Below are positions 9,563 through 19,151 of a stretch of DNA of 64,000 nt, piece after piece; within the stretch, counting starts at the first letter, position 1, and each line of letters starts with the position of its first letter. The notes beneath the pieces were generated by a model. It did no database searches, was not told the origin of the DNA, and was given only the letters and a program-made list of their open reading frames with translations. The position numbers were made by a program, and so were the translations under genes. The stretch is from Spirochaetia bacterium (lineage in GTDB: Bacteria > Spirochaetota > Spirochaetia > SZUA-6 > Bin103): contig OZ241907.1 of assembly GCA_965203515.1 (NCBI GenBank), positions 1,856,001 to 1,920,000 on the forward strand. The letters run 5' to 3'.

Positions 9563-11267
9563 GTGAGCGGGCGCGCGCTCGAATCGTGACCTGGCCGGCG
9601 GCGCGGCGCACGGTGTAGGTGACGCCGGACGGGACCGACGCGAACCGGGAGACCAGGCCGTCCGGCCACTCGACGCGAAGCTCGTCGACCGGTGCGCCGG
9701 CGCCCAGCCCGAAGTGAGCCGATCGCTCCGAGCTGGTCAGGTAGCCGGCGCCGCCGAACATGGCGCGCACCTGCTCGACGCCGCCGGTGGTGACGACCAC
9801 CCGCGCGCCGAAGCCGTCCGGCGCCGCGGCGGCATCGCCGGTGGTGTCCAGGAACACGCGCAGCCAGCCGCCGGCAGGCGGGCGGCCGGGGTGAATCGCG
9901 TCGTTGCGGAGCAGGGCCGGCCGGCCCTGGTTGTTGAAGATGACGACGTCCTGGTCGCCGTCGTCGTCGTAATCGAGGTGGACCATGCCGCGGCCCTGGC
10001 CGCGGTGCGCGAAGCCGGCCGGCCCGGTGCGGTCGGCGAACCGCGGCAGCGCGGGATCGAGCCGCCGCTCCATGTTGCCGAACAGCACGCTCCGTTGCTC
10101 GATCCACTCCGCAACCCCGGCGCCGTTCGCCTCGTTCCAGCCGCCGGTGGCGGCGATGTCGAGCCGGCCGTCCAGGTCATGGTCGATCGCCACCGCCCCC
10201 CAACCCCAGCCGCCGCGCTTGACCTTGGCGTCCGCGGCGATCTCCCGGAACGTGCCGTCGCCCCGGTTCAGGTAGAGCTTGTTGCCGGTGCCGCCGGACC
10301 GGGGCGGCGGATGCGCGGTGTGGATCGAGGTGACGTACCAGTCCAGGGTCCCGTCGCCGTCGAAGTCGCCGGCGGCGGCGCCCATGCCGTTCTCGTCCAG
10401 GCCGGCTCCGGCCGCCTCGGTCCGCTCCGCGAACGTCCCGTCGCCGCGGTTCACGTAGTAGCGGCTCATCCCGAAGTCGGCGGCCAGCAGCAGTTCCGGG
10501 TACCGGTCGCCGGTCGCGTCGGCCAGGATCGGCGTGAAGGAGCGCACCCCCGCAGCGGCCAACCCCGCCGCACGGGTCACGTCGGTGAAGCGCGGCACGC
10601 CGTCCACGACCCCGTCGTTGCGAAACAGGGTGTTGCCGGCCGCCTCCCCCGACCAGGACGCCACGAACAGGTCCAGGTCGCCGTCCAGGTCGTAGTCGCC
10701 GAAGGAGCCGCCCATGCCCGACTCGATACCGGTCGTGGTGGTCGCGACCCCGGCTCGGCGGCCGATCTCCGTGAAGCGGACCATCCCGTCCGCGCCGGCC
10801 GGGCCGTCGTTGCGGTACAGCAGGTGGAAGCCGGGGCGCGGCGCGCCGGCCGGCCCGTGGCTGGCCACGAACAGGTCGGCGTCGCCGTCGCCGTCGACGT
10901 CGGCTGCCGCCGCTCCCTGACCGCGATGCGCGCGCGCCACCCCGGCGGCAGCGGCCACGTCGGTGAAGACGCCGCCTCCGTCGTTGCGGTACAGCCGGTC
11001 GGGAGCGCCGCCGCCGGTCACCACGAACAGGTCCTGGTCCCCGTCGCCGTCGAAGTCGAGCACCGCGCCGCCGCCCGACATCGCCGTACGGCTCCACGCC
11101 AGGGGCGCGTGCGCGTGCGCCAGCCCGGTCGCCTCCGGGCACAGCCGCGGGTCGCTCGCGCACGTGGCGAACGGCGGCGGGGCGCCGGCCGCGACCGCGG
11201 CGGCCAGGAGCAGCGCCAGCGCCGGCGCCGCCCGGCACCGGCGCCGCCCGGCACCGGGCAGCCTCAC
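9498..11267 (-). CDS. CRTAC1/ASPIC-UnbV family secreted protein with FG-GAP repeats
   Basis: Signal-like ALALLLAAAVAA, repeated D(F/Y)DGDGDxDL, C-terminal GARVVV...AHFGLG...VEWPDG; GTG start overlaps permease stop. Confidence 0.85.
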   Translation of the reverse strand: MRLPGAGRRRCRAAPALALLLAAAVAAGAPPPFATCASDPRLCPEATGLAHAHAPLAWSRTAMSGGGAVLDFDGDGDQDLFVVTGGGAPDRLYRNDGGGVFTDVAAAAGVARAHRGQGAAAADVDGDGDADLFVASHGPAGAPRPGFHLLYRNDGPAGADGMVRFTEIGRRAGVATTTTGIESGMGGSFGDYDLDGDLDLFVASWSGEAAGNTLFRNDGVVDGVPRFTDVTRAAGLAAAGVRSFTPILADATGDRYPELLLAADFGMSRYYVNRGDGTFAERTEAAGAGLDENGMGAAAGDFDGDGTLDWYVTSIHTAHPPPRSGGTGNKLYLNRGDGTFREIAADAKVKRGGWGWGAVAIDHDLDGRLDIAATGGWNEANGAGVAEWIEQRSVLFGNMERRLDPALPRFADRTGPAGFAHRGQGRGMVHLDYDDDGDQDVVIFNNQGRPALLRNDAIHPGRPPAGGWLRVFLDTTGDAAAAPDGFGARVVVTTGGVEQVRAMFGGAGYLTSSERSAHFGLGAGAPVDELRVEWPDGLVSRFASVPSGVTYTVRRAAGQVTIRARARSLTTAGNRGPEASGRPRRSTVG

Positions 11268-12262
11268 CGCTGGAAGCGGATGCGCGGGTCGAGCACCGCC
11301 AGCAGCAGATCGGAGATCAGCGTGCCGACCACCGTCAGGGCCGCCAGGATCATCACCACCGCGCCGGCCAGGAACATATCCTGCGTGAGCAGACCTTCCA
11401 GCATCAGCGGGCCGATAGTGGGGATGCTCACCACCGTCGCCACCAGAATCTCGCCCGAGAACACCGCCGGCAGGCGCCAGCTTATGCTGGCCACCCAGGG
11501 GTTGCCGGCCATGCGGATCGGATACTTGATCAGCAGGCGCGTCTCCGGCACCCCCTTGGCGCGCGCGGTGGTCACGAACGGCATGCGGAGCTGGTCGAGC
11601 ACGTTGGCGCGGATCACGCGGAGCTCGCCTCCCAGCGCCTCTGCGCCCAGCACCACCAGCGGTGGCCAGATGTGCGCCAGGAAGTCCAGGAACTTGGCGA
11701 AGCTGAACGGCTCCTCGATGAAACGGGGCGAGAACAGCCCGCCGGGTATGAAGTCGAACCAGCGGAAGGCGGCGAATATCAGGAGGAGCGCGAACAGGAA
11801 GTTGGGCACCGCCATCAGGAAGAAGGCGATGAAGCTGAACAGGTTGTCGAACAGCGAGTACTGCCGGATCGCCGCGCCCACGCCGACCGGCCAGGATATG
11901 GACGAGGCCAGGATCATGGTCAGTACCGAGATCACCGTGGTGAGGGCGATGCGGTCGTCGATCAGTTCGCGGACCGGCTTGCGGTAGGCGATCGAGAAAC
12001 CGAAGTCGCCGCGAATGAAGCGGCTGATCCAGCGGCCGTAGCGCACCGGCAGCGGCTCGCCGTATCCGTAGGAGACGCGCAGGTTCTCCGTCATCGCCTT
12101 GATCTCGTCGCCGGAGAACTCCTGTCCGGCCGCCTGCATGCGGCCGACGATGGTGGTGGCGATGTCGCCGGGCGGCAGCTCGATGATGATGAACGACACC
12201 ACCGACACCAGCCACAGCGTCGGGATCATGATCAACAGGCGCCGGGCGATGAAGGCGAGCAT
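11264..12262 (-). CDS. ABC transporter permease, OppB/DppB type
   Basis: IARRLLIMIPTL, GDFGFS, EAA loop TARAKG, DLLLAVLDPRIR. Confidence 0.93.
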   Translation of the reverse strand: MLAFIARRLLIMIPTLWLVSVVSFIIIELPPGDIATTIVGRMQAAGQEFSGDEIKAMTENLRVSYGYGEPLPVRYGRWISRFIRGDFGFSIAYRKPVRELIDDRIALTTVISVLTMILASSISWPVGVGAAIRQYSLFDNLFSFIAFFLMAVPNFLFALLLIFAAFRWFDFIPGGLFSPRFIEEPFSFAKFLDFLAHIWPPLVVLGAEALGGELRVIRANVLDQLRMPFVTTARAKGVPETRLLIKYPIRMAGNPWVASISWRLPAVFSGEILVATVVSIPTIGPLMLEGLLTQDMFLAGAVVMILAALTVVGTLISDLLLAVLDPRIRFQR

Positions 12263-12273
12263 GGCGGCCGCCG

Positions 12274-13446
12274 CTACCGGTAGGGATCGGCGGCGTCGCG
12301 CAGGCCGTCGCCCAGGAACTGAAAGGCCACCACGATGGCGATCACCAGCAGCGCCGGCAGCAGCAACCACGGCCGCGCGTCGATCGACTGCACGTTCTGC
12401 GCCCCCTGCAGCAGGACCCCCCAACTGATCGCCGGCTCGCGCAGCCCCAGGCTCAGAAAGCTGAGCGCGGTCTCCGCCAGGATCACGCTGGGGACGCGGT
12501 TCGAGCCCTCCACGATCAGGTGGCTGTAGAAGGACGGCAACATGTGCCGGAACAGCAGCCGGGGGGTCGGCGCGCCGTCCAGCTTGGCGGCCAGGGTGAA
12601 CTCCTCCTCGCGCAACGCCAGGAAGCGGCTGCGGACGATGCGCGCCAGACCGGTCCAGCCGATGATCGACACGATCAGCGTGATCGCGAAGTAGACCTGG
12701 ATGATCGACCAGTGCAACGGCAGCGTGGCCGACAGGGCCATCCACAGCGGGATGGTGGGAAAGGCGACCAGCACCTCGATGATGCGCTGGATTACCGTAT
12801 CGACCGCGCCGCCGAAGTAGCCGGAGATGCCGCCGATGACGATGCCGAGCACCCAGGTGATGACGATCGCCAGGATGCCGATCGACAGCGACAGGGTGGT
12901 GCCGTGCACCATGCGCGAGTACAGGCAGCGGCCGGAGCCGTCGGTGCCGAGCGGGAACCAGCGCGTCTCGTCGCTGCCGGTGCCGAGCAGATGGAGGTCG
13001 GTGCCGATGAAGAACAGCAGCGTGTACGGATCGCCGCGCGCGAACAGACGCAACGGCGTCTCACTCTCGGGAACCGGGAAGAAGTCGCGCGCATAGGTTA
13101 CGAAGTTGAGCTTGCTGGTCACCCGGTAGACGACCGGCCGGAACCGCCCCTCGGTGTCGAAGAGGCGGAACGCTCCCAGCTTGCCGCCGAGCGCGGGCGG
13201 CAGGTATTGCATGTCGGGCCGGCGGTCGACCGGGTCGTTCATCGCGAAGAATCCGGCGAAGATCGCGACGAAGTAGAACCAGCCGATGACCAGCATACCC
13301 CAGACGGCCCACCGGTGGCTGCGGAACTTCAGCCACATCAGCCGCCACTGGGTGGCGGTGTGGTACTCTCGTTGGCGCTTCCGTTCGCGGGCGGAACCGG
13401 CGCCGCTCGCGCGCACGGCGGCTACCGTTCGATCGTCATCCATCAC
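12274..13446 (-). CDS. ABC transporter permease, OppC/DppC type
   Basis: LGTDGSGRC, SGYFGG, EEEFTLAAKLDG, ETALSFLSLG, GDGLRDAADP. Confidence 0.93.
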   Translation of the reverse strand: MMDDDRTVAAVRASGAGSARERKRQREYHTATQWRLMWLKFRSHRWAVWGMLVIGWFYFVAIFAGFFAMNDPVDRRPDMQYLPPALGGKLGAFRLFDTEGRFRPVVYRVTSKLNFVTYARDFFPVPESETPLRLFARGDPYTLLFFIGTDLHLLGTGSDETRWFPLGTDGSGRCLYSRMVHGTTLSLSIGILAIVITWVLGIVIGGISGYFGGAVDTVIQRIIEVLVAFPTIPLWMALSATLPLHWSIIQVYFAITLIVSIIGWTGLARIVRSRFLALREEEFTLAAKLDGAPTPRLLFRHMLPSFYSHLIVEGSNRVPSVILAETALSFLSLGLREPAISWGVLLQGAQNVQSIDARPWLLLPALLVIAIVVAFQFLGDGLRDAADPYR

Positions 13447-13467
13447 CCGGTGCTCATGCTCTGAGAC

Positions 13468-13498
13468 GAGAAGACCCGCCGTGCAGGCGGGTCTTCTC
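13468..13498 (-). terminator. 13-bp stem-loop between SBP and permease genes (partial terminator or mRNA stabiliser)
   Basis: GAGAAGACCCGCC-gtgca-GGCGGGTCTTCTC perfect inverted repeat. Confidence 0.7.
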
Positions 13499-13521
13499 TC
13501 TCGGTTGCGGTGACGACTCCG

Positions 13522-15432
13522 CTATTCGAACCACACGCCCAGCCACGGGCGGTCGCCGGTCTCCGGATTGATGCCGTGAGCGCCGGGCTGCAGAACCCAC
13601 AGCTCCGGCGGCCAGGCGTGGTGGCCGACGACCCACAGATCGTAGGCCGCGTTCTCCTGCCACCGCCGGTACAACGCCGCCAGCTCCTCGCCGTCGGCGT
13701 TCTTGAGGTCTGCCCAGATCCGGTAGTTCTCCTTGATGCGGTCGGGCGGCTCCTCGCCCTTGGCGCCGCCGGAGGCCAGCCAGTCGTGCCAGTCGATCGC
13801 CCAGGTCGGCTGCTGTCCGGGGAACGAGCCCCCTTCGTGGGTAGGCGCCGCGCACTGCATCGATTCCGGCCAGCGGTGGATCTGCACGTCGCACGACTGC
13901 GCGACCCAGATCTCCCAGGCGCCTTCCTTCTGGATCTGCGGCGCGCCGCCCCAGTCGACGGTGCGCACGTTGCCCTTCAGCCCGATCAGATGGAGCTCTT
14001 CCAGGATGATGTTGGCCGCCGGGATCCACTCGCCTTCGTGCGGATGGACCGTGATGGCAAAGAGGATCGGCCTGCCGTCCGGGCCAAGCCGGAAGCCGTC
14101 GGCGTCGCGGCTGGTCAGCCCCATCTCGTCGAGCAGCGCGTTGGCCTTGTCCAGGTCGCGGTTCAGCCAATCGTAGGTGTGTATCACCGGCGTGTACCAT
14201 CGGTGATTCGAGTCGACGATGCCGCCACCGGTGGCCAGCGGCCGGGCCTGACCCTGATAGACGATGTCGCCGATCTTCTGCCGGGGCACGAAGTACGACC
14301 ACGCCAGCCGGAACCGCCGGTCGCGGAACAGGGAGCGCTTGAACTCGTCCTCAGCGCTCATGTTGAAGGCGGTGATGCCGGAGGACAACCCGTCGTTGCG
14401 CTTGATCCTGATGACGTGCATCTGGATTCGGCCCTTGTCCGCCTCCGCCTTTGCCAGCTCTATCGCGTCCAGCGTCAGGCTCTGCATCGTCACCTCGCCC
14501 GCCAGGGCGCGCAGCTTGCGCGACTCCGCGTCGCCGATCAGGGTGCTGCGCCGGCCCCGCGTGTAGGGGAGTTGCTGGTTCTCCGCGTCGACCACGAAGT
14601 AGTAGGGGTTGGGGGTCCAGGTGGTCGGGTTTGCAGGAACGCCGTTCTTGACCACGAACGGCATCAGCACCGGGATATCCGGGTTGACCGAGCCGTAGTG
14701 ATCCTTGCGGTCGCTCAGCAGGTGCAGCCAGCTCTCCACGCCGGCGGCGTCGACCTTGGCGGCCAGCTCGTTGGCGGCCGCGTGCGCCTCGTGGAACTGG
14801 GACAGGTAGTGCTTGGGATAGCCGCCGATCCAGCGCTCGGAGGACTGACCGAGCAGGTCGCCGTCGTAGCTGGCGTTGGGCTCCGGCAGCGTGATGCGGA
14901 AGGTGTAGTCGTCCGGGTACTCGATCCGCATCCCGTCGACGATGCCGTTCAGCCGCGACCAGCCGGTGGCGGCGAAGTACTCGGGGCGCTGCTGGATGTC
15001 CTCCAGGAAGAACCGCATGTCCTCCGTGTCGTAGGGCACGCCGTCGGACCACTTGAGCCCTTCGCGCATGTCGAAGGTCCAGACCGTGTTGTCGGCGTTG
15101 GCCTCCCAGCCCTCGAAGCTCCACGGCGAGATGTTGCCGTCGTTGTCCTCGCGGCCGGCGCGAGCCTCGCCGGTCAGGCCCTGCGTCTCCTCGATCGATC
15201 CGGCGACGATCTCCACGTAGCGGTCGGAGTATCGGCCGGTCTCGTAGGTGGTGAACTCGTCGTCGGGGCCGATGCGGCGCGGTTCGAGCGGAAGCCGTTC
15301 GGCGACCGGCGGCAACTCGCCGCGCGCCACCATCTCCGCGAACCAGGGCGCCTCCTGATAGTCCTGTGCGACGGCGGCGCTTCCAACGGCGATCAGAAGT
15401 GCGGCCGCCAGCGGCGCTGTGACGTTTCTCAA
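13522..15432 (-). CDS. ABC transporter substrate-binding protein, family 5
   Basis: Signal peptide, GELPPVAERLP, REGLKWSDG, NPYYFVVD..QQLPY, DGFRLGPDG; TTG start after GAGGAGG. Confidence 0.92.
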   Translation of the reverse strand: MRNVTAPLAAALLIAVGSAAVAQDYQEAPWFAEMVARGELPPVAERLPLEPRRIGPDDEFTTYETGRYSDRYVEIVAGSIEETQGLTGEARAGREDNDGNISPWSFEGWEANADNTVWTFDMREGLKWSDGVPYDTEDMRFFLEDIQQRPEYFAATGWSRLNGIVDGMRIEYPDDYTFRITLPEPNASYDGDLLGQSSERWIGGYPKHYLSQFHEAHAAANELAAKVDAAGVESWLHLLSDRKDHYGSVNPDIPVLMPFVVKNGVPANPTTWTPNPYYFVVDAENQQLPYTRGRRSTLIGDAESRKLRALAGEVTMQSLTLDAIELAKAEADKGRIQMHVIRIKRNDGLSSGITAFNMSAEDEFKRSLFRDRRFRLAWSYFVPRQKIGDIVYQGQARPLATGGGIVDSNHRWYTPVIHTYDWLNRDLDKANALLDEMGLTSRDADGFRLGPDGRPILFAITVHPHEGEWIPAANIILEELHLIGLKGNVRTVDWGGAPQIQKEGAWEIWVAQSCDVQIHRWPESMQCAAPTHEGGSFPGQQPTWAIDWHDWLASGGAKGEEPPDRIKENYRIWADLKNADGEELAALYRRWQENAAYDLWVVGHHAWPPELWVLQPGAHGINPETGDRPWLGVWFE

Positions 15433-15514
15433 GGTCCCATCCTCCTCTGTCGGTGAGGGTTGCGACCCATTCAACCACCGCGGGCGCCTGCCTGCAAGCA
15501 CGGCGGCGGGCGAG

Positions 15515-16426
15515 CTACGGCGGCAGGATGGTGACCGCGCGCGACCGGTTCAGGAACCCCGGACCGGCGACGTACTGCACCGCGCCGTCGTGGATGCGGC
15601 AGGCGCCGGAGACGTGGACGTGACCGCACAGCACGGCGATCAGGTTGGGGGCGGCGAGCAGCCGGTCGACGAATTCCTCGGTGCTGGGCAGGTTGCCGGA
15701 CGTGCGGGCGCGCTCCCGGCCGGGGAGGCGCCGGTCGATGTCCGCCGGCGAACCGGACTCCGGGTCGCCGCACAGCGGAATGGGAGCCCCCGACGAGGGC
15801 GGCGGCGCGCAGTGCAGGGCGGAATCGGCGGGCAGCCGAAACGGGATGTGGACCAGCAGCACGACCGGCAGATCGCCGGCGAGACGGTCCTCGAAGAAGG
15901 CGATCTGCTCCGGGTCGACCTGTCGCGTGCTGTTGTCGATCGCCACGAAGCGCACGCCGCCCAGATCGAGCGAATCGGCATGGGGCGCCCGGCCGCGGTA
16001 GAGCGGCAGCAGCGATCGTTCGCGCCACTCGCGGCGCAGGTCCGCCGCGCTTCCCGGCAGGCCGGACCAGCTCCAGTCGTGGTTGCCGGCGGTGAACATG
16101 CTGGCGCGTCCGGCGGACCGCAGGAGGCGCTCGACCGCGGCCACCGCGGTGGGCGACGGGTAGTTGACGTGGTCGCCGGTGAGCGCGATCAGATCGTGCC
16201 GCTCGACCCGCGCGCGCTCCATCTGCGCCGCGAACGAATCCAGGGTCGGATAGTCGGCGAACAGCCCGTCCATCCGCCCGCCGTAGCGGGCGTACGGCCG
16301 GTCGACCTCCTCGTGCGGGACGCTGATATGGGAGTCGGTCACGTGCAGCACGCGCAACGGCCGGTCGATGCCGGCCACCCTGATCGTCGCCGCGTCCTCG
16401 GTCCACGCATGCGTGCTACGGGTCAT
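15515..16426 (-). CDS. Calcineurin-like metallophosphoesterase
   Basis: DSH, TGD, GNHD, GHVH motifs; ATG overlaps upstream stop. Confidence 0.88.
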   Translation of the reverse strand: MTRSTHAWTEDAATIRVAGIDRPLRVLHVTDSHISVPHEEVDRPYARYGGRMDGLFADYPTLDSFAAQMERARVERHDLIALTGDHVNYPSPTAVAAVERLLRSAGRASMFTAGNHDWSWSGLPGSAADLRREWRERSLLPLYRGRAPHADSLDLGGVRFVAIDNSTRQVDPEQIAFFEDRLAGDLPVVLLVHIPFRLPADSALHCAPPPSSGAPIPLCGDPESGSPADIDRRLPGRERARTSGNLPSTEEFVDRLLAAPNLIAVLCGHVHVSGACRIHDGAVQYVAGPGFLNRSRAVTILPP

Positions 16427-18399
16427 GGTGAGGCCGCACGGAACCACACCTCCCAGAGATGGTTCCCGGCCAGGTACTGACCCGTCCTGATGTGGGAGAT
16501 CTCGTAGTCAAAGGCCACGACCGCGGCGCACCGGCCGTTCAGGAGCGTGCCGTGCGCGCCGAAGTCGAAGTCGAGGTTGGCGAAGGCGTACCGCCGGTCC
16601 GGCAGGTCGGCGGGATCCGACGGCACGACGTGCAGAAAGAACCGCGCCGTTACGTCGTCCGTTGCGCACGGCTCCTTGAAGTACGTCAACGTGTCGTCGT
16701 CGTCGTCGAAGTAGAGGTCGAAGACCGAGCGCGCGGCGAGTCGTACCGAGTCTCCGGCGACGATCGCCTCGAAATCGCCGGCGACGATAGCAGCGATCCG
16801 CCGTCGTTCGGCGGAGTCCTTGACCACCACGAAGACCGTGCCGTCGGCCAGCTCCGCGACCGGCACCAGGCCGAACAATGCGCGCAGCCGGGCAAGGTCA
16901 TAGCCGGAGTCCCGGCTGTCGTCGTCGAACCACACGACGTACTCGTAGTCCTGAGGAACGCGATGCCAGCGCTGCAACTCCTCGTCCCAGACCGGCGGAT
17001 AGTCGTAACTGGCGGTCGCGTCGTCAGTATGGAGATACAGGACGACGGGCATGTTGCTGCGCACTACGCCCTCGATCGGGTGCTGCCGCACGTATTTCAC
17101 CGTCTCGGAATCGGCCCAGCGTCGTAAGTAGCCGCGGCAATAGTCGCAGGAGTTGTCGCGCACAATTTCGCGGGCCCCCGGCTCGACTGCCCCGACCATA
17201 CAGACGCACAGCGCCGCGATGACGACGGCGCCGGCCACTCTCGGCGGTACTCGTCCGAGAAGCGGAAGCGAATGCTGCCGCACGGAGCTGAGCAGGCGAT
17301 CCAGCGCGAACGCGGCGGTGACCAGCAGCGGCACGTACATCGGCGTCAGGAATCGGGGCTGAAACCCGTGGAAGGTAGCGCCCAGCATGACCGCCGCCGA
17401 GGTCAGCATGAGATAGATCAGCGCAAAGCCGCCGAACACGTAGCAGGGGCGCCAATCGAACGGCATCCGCGGCATGCTCCGGCGCGTTGCTGCGCCGATG
17501 ACGATGAACGCCCCGCCTACCGCCAGCAGCCCGGCGGCCGGTACCAGTCGAAGCCACTCGACGGACGGGACCAGCGGAAGGTCGAAGTACACCCAGTCCG
17601 CAAACCCGCGGCCGAGGTCGCTCAGGACCTCCGGCAACGAATAGGGAGCGGCGTTTCGGGGACCGGTGGCGCTCCCGGCGTACAGGAGGTTGCGCGCCAG
17701 CCACAACGCCATCGGCGCCGCGGCGGCCAGCGCGAAACCGGCGGCGCGCCGCGCGCGTTGCGCCGGCCGCGCGCCGCGCTGGCAGAGCAGGAGCAGTACG
17801 ACCGCGGCGACTACCGCCGCGCCCAGGTAGCGGGTCTGCCACGCCAGCGCCGCGCACACCGCCGCCCACGCCAGCGACGAAGTCTTGTTGCCGGTCAGGT
17901 AGTCGTCGGTGCGGATCAGAGCGAGCGTGGCCAGCAGGATGAACAGCGGCTCGGTCAACGCCCACGACGCCGACTGCGCCAGCGGAGCGGCCAGGGCGAG
18001 GGAGAGAGCGGCCCATACCACCAGGAAGCGCGATTCGAGGCGCCGCCGCAGGTACTGGGCGACGACGAATATGGTGAGGCCGAAGATGACGGCGTTTACC
18101 GGTCCGGCGACGGCGAGCGGGTCGAATACGTCCAGGCTGGCAACGGCCAGCAGCAGCGGGTAGAGCGGCGGCCAGGAGACGTACGGGGCCCCATTGAACA
18201 GGTGGAAGCCGTTGCCAGCCAGCAGGTTGCGGGCTGCGGCGAGGTAGACGCTGGAGTCCCAGTGCAACGCCACGCCCCAGGTGACTTCGCGCGCCAGGAC
18301 GAGGCCGGCGCCGAGTGCGGCCACGGCGCCCGGAAGCAGCGCCCCCCCCCCCCCGGAGGGATTACCGCCTCGATGACATGATGATGCAACAGCCGACAT
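16423..18399 (-). CDS. Membrane glycosyltransferase, GT-C (GT39/PMT_2-like), with C-terminal soluble domain
   Basis: DSSVYL..A..L..G.G, WPPLYPLLL, TEPLF, TRYLG, many TM segments; start uncertain (18399 or 18324). Confidence 0.75.
   Translation of the reverse strand: MSAVASSCHRGGNPSGGGGALLPGAVAALGAGLVLAREVTWGVALHWDSSVYLAAARNLLAGNGFHLFNGAPYVSWPPLYPLLLAVASLDVFDPLAVAGPVNAVIFGLTIFVVAQYLRRRLESRFLVVWAALSLALAAPLAQSASWALTEPLFILLATLALIRTDDYLTGNKTSSLAWAAVCAALAWQTRYLGAAVVAAVVLLLLCQRGARPAQRARRAAGFALAAAAPMALWLARNLLYAGSATGPRNAAPYSLPEVLSDLGRGFADWVYFDLPLVPSVEWLRLVPAAGLLAVGGAFIVIGAATRRSMPRMPFDWRPCYVFGGFALIYLMLTSAAVMLGATFHGFQPRFLTPMYVPLLVTAAFALDRLLSSVRQHSLPLLGRVPPRVAGAVVIAALCVCMVGAVEPGAREIVRDNSCDYCRGYLRRWADSETVKYVRQHPIEGVVRSNMPVVLYLHTDDATASYDYPPVWDEELQRWHRVPQDYEYVVWFDDDSRDSGYDLARLRALFGLVPVAELADGTVFVVVKDSAERRRIAAIVAGDFEAIVAGDSVRLAARSVFDLYFDDDDDTLTYFKEPCATDDVTARFFLHVVPSDPADLPDRRYAFANLDFDFGAHGTLLNGRCAAVVAFDYEISHIRTGQYLAGNHLWEVWFRAASP
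18342..18354 (-). repeat. G13 homopolymer tract near the 5' end of the glycosyltransferase
   Basis: 13 consecutive C on the + strand. Confidence 0.95.
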
Positions 18400-19150
18400 G
18401 ATCTTCTTCCCAAGTACAATAGCGCATGGGCGCGGAGCCGGTCGAGTCGCGGCCGCCGTCGCGCTGATCCTCGGCGCGCGCATGGCCGCCGGCGCGGGGC
18501 TCCTGGAGGGAGGCGCGGTCGGGCAGCGCGTCGAGCTGGCCGGGGTCGAGACGGTCGAGATCGATGCCGCGCACTTCACGGTCGAGGTGCTCGGCGAGCG
18601 CGGCCCGGACACGGTCATCGTCGTCAGCCGGATGTCCGCACGCTTCCAACGGTTTCACGGCGGCCGGATCGTCGTGGAACGGGACGGCGCCGCCGCTTTT
18701 CTTGCGGTCCGGTACGACGGGCGTCCGCTGTCGCAGGCCGCGGTGACGTGGGGGCCGCGGCTGCTCCTGCAGGTGCCGGCGCGCACCGCCCTGACGGTCA
18801 CCACCACGGCGGGCGACGTGCGCATCCATGACGTGGCTGCGCCGGCCGTGACGATCGTCACGACGGCGGGCGACATCTACCTCAGCGACGTCACGGCCGC
18901 GGTCGACATCACCGCCCGCGCCGGCTTCATCGTGCTGGAGCGGGTCCACGGCCCCAAGCGCATCACCGCCGGCGCCGGCTCGATCGCGGTGGCCGATGCG
19001 CGCGGACCGCTCTTCACCGACACCGGCGGCACCCAGCGCCTGCGCCGCATAGACGGCGACGTCAGCGTCGCCTCCGCGGAGGGGCTCACGCTGAGCGGCC
19101 ATCGCGGCGCCCTCACCATCCGCAATGCGCCGGGGATGCCCGACCCGTAG
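18398..19150 (+). CDS. DUF4097-like beta-strand repeat (adhesin-like) protein
   Basis: LQVPART then repeated TTAGDV/TTAGDI units; start uncertain. Confidence 0.65.
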   Translation: MIFFPSTIAHGRGAGRVAAAVALILGARMAAGAGLLEGGAVGQRVELAGVETVEIDAAHFTVEVLGERGPDTVIVVSRMSARFQRFHGGRIVVERDGAAAFLAVRYDGRPLSQAAVTWGPRLLLQVPARTALTVTTTAGDVRIHDVAAPAVTIVTTAGDIYLSDVTAAVDITARAGFIVLERVHGPKRITAGAGSIAVADARGPLFTDTGGTQRLRRIDGDVSVASAEGLTLSGHRGALTIRNAPGMPDP

Positions 19151-19151
19151 C

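Noticed and set aside
9498..11267. UnbV-like gene as a sign of an enediyne cluster
   Set aside because: No PKS, thioesterase or other enediyne core genes in the window.
18426..18467. Out-of-frame ATG near the 5' end of both DUF4097 genes (also at 45232), hinting at programmed frameshifting
   Set aside because: In-frame starts exist upstream (18398, 45241) and no slippery site is evident; likely coincidence of His-Gly codons.
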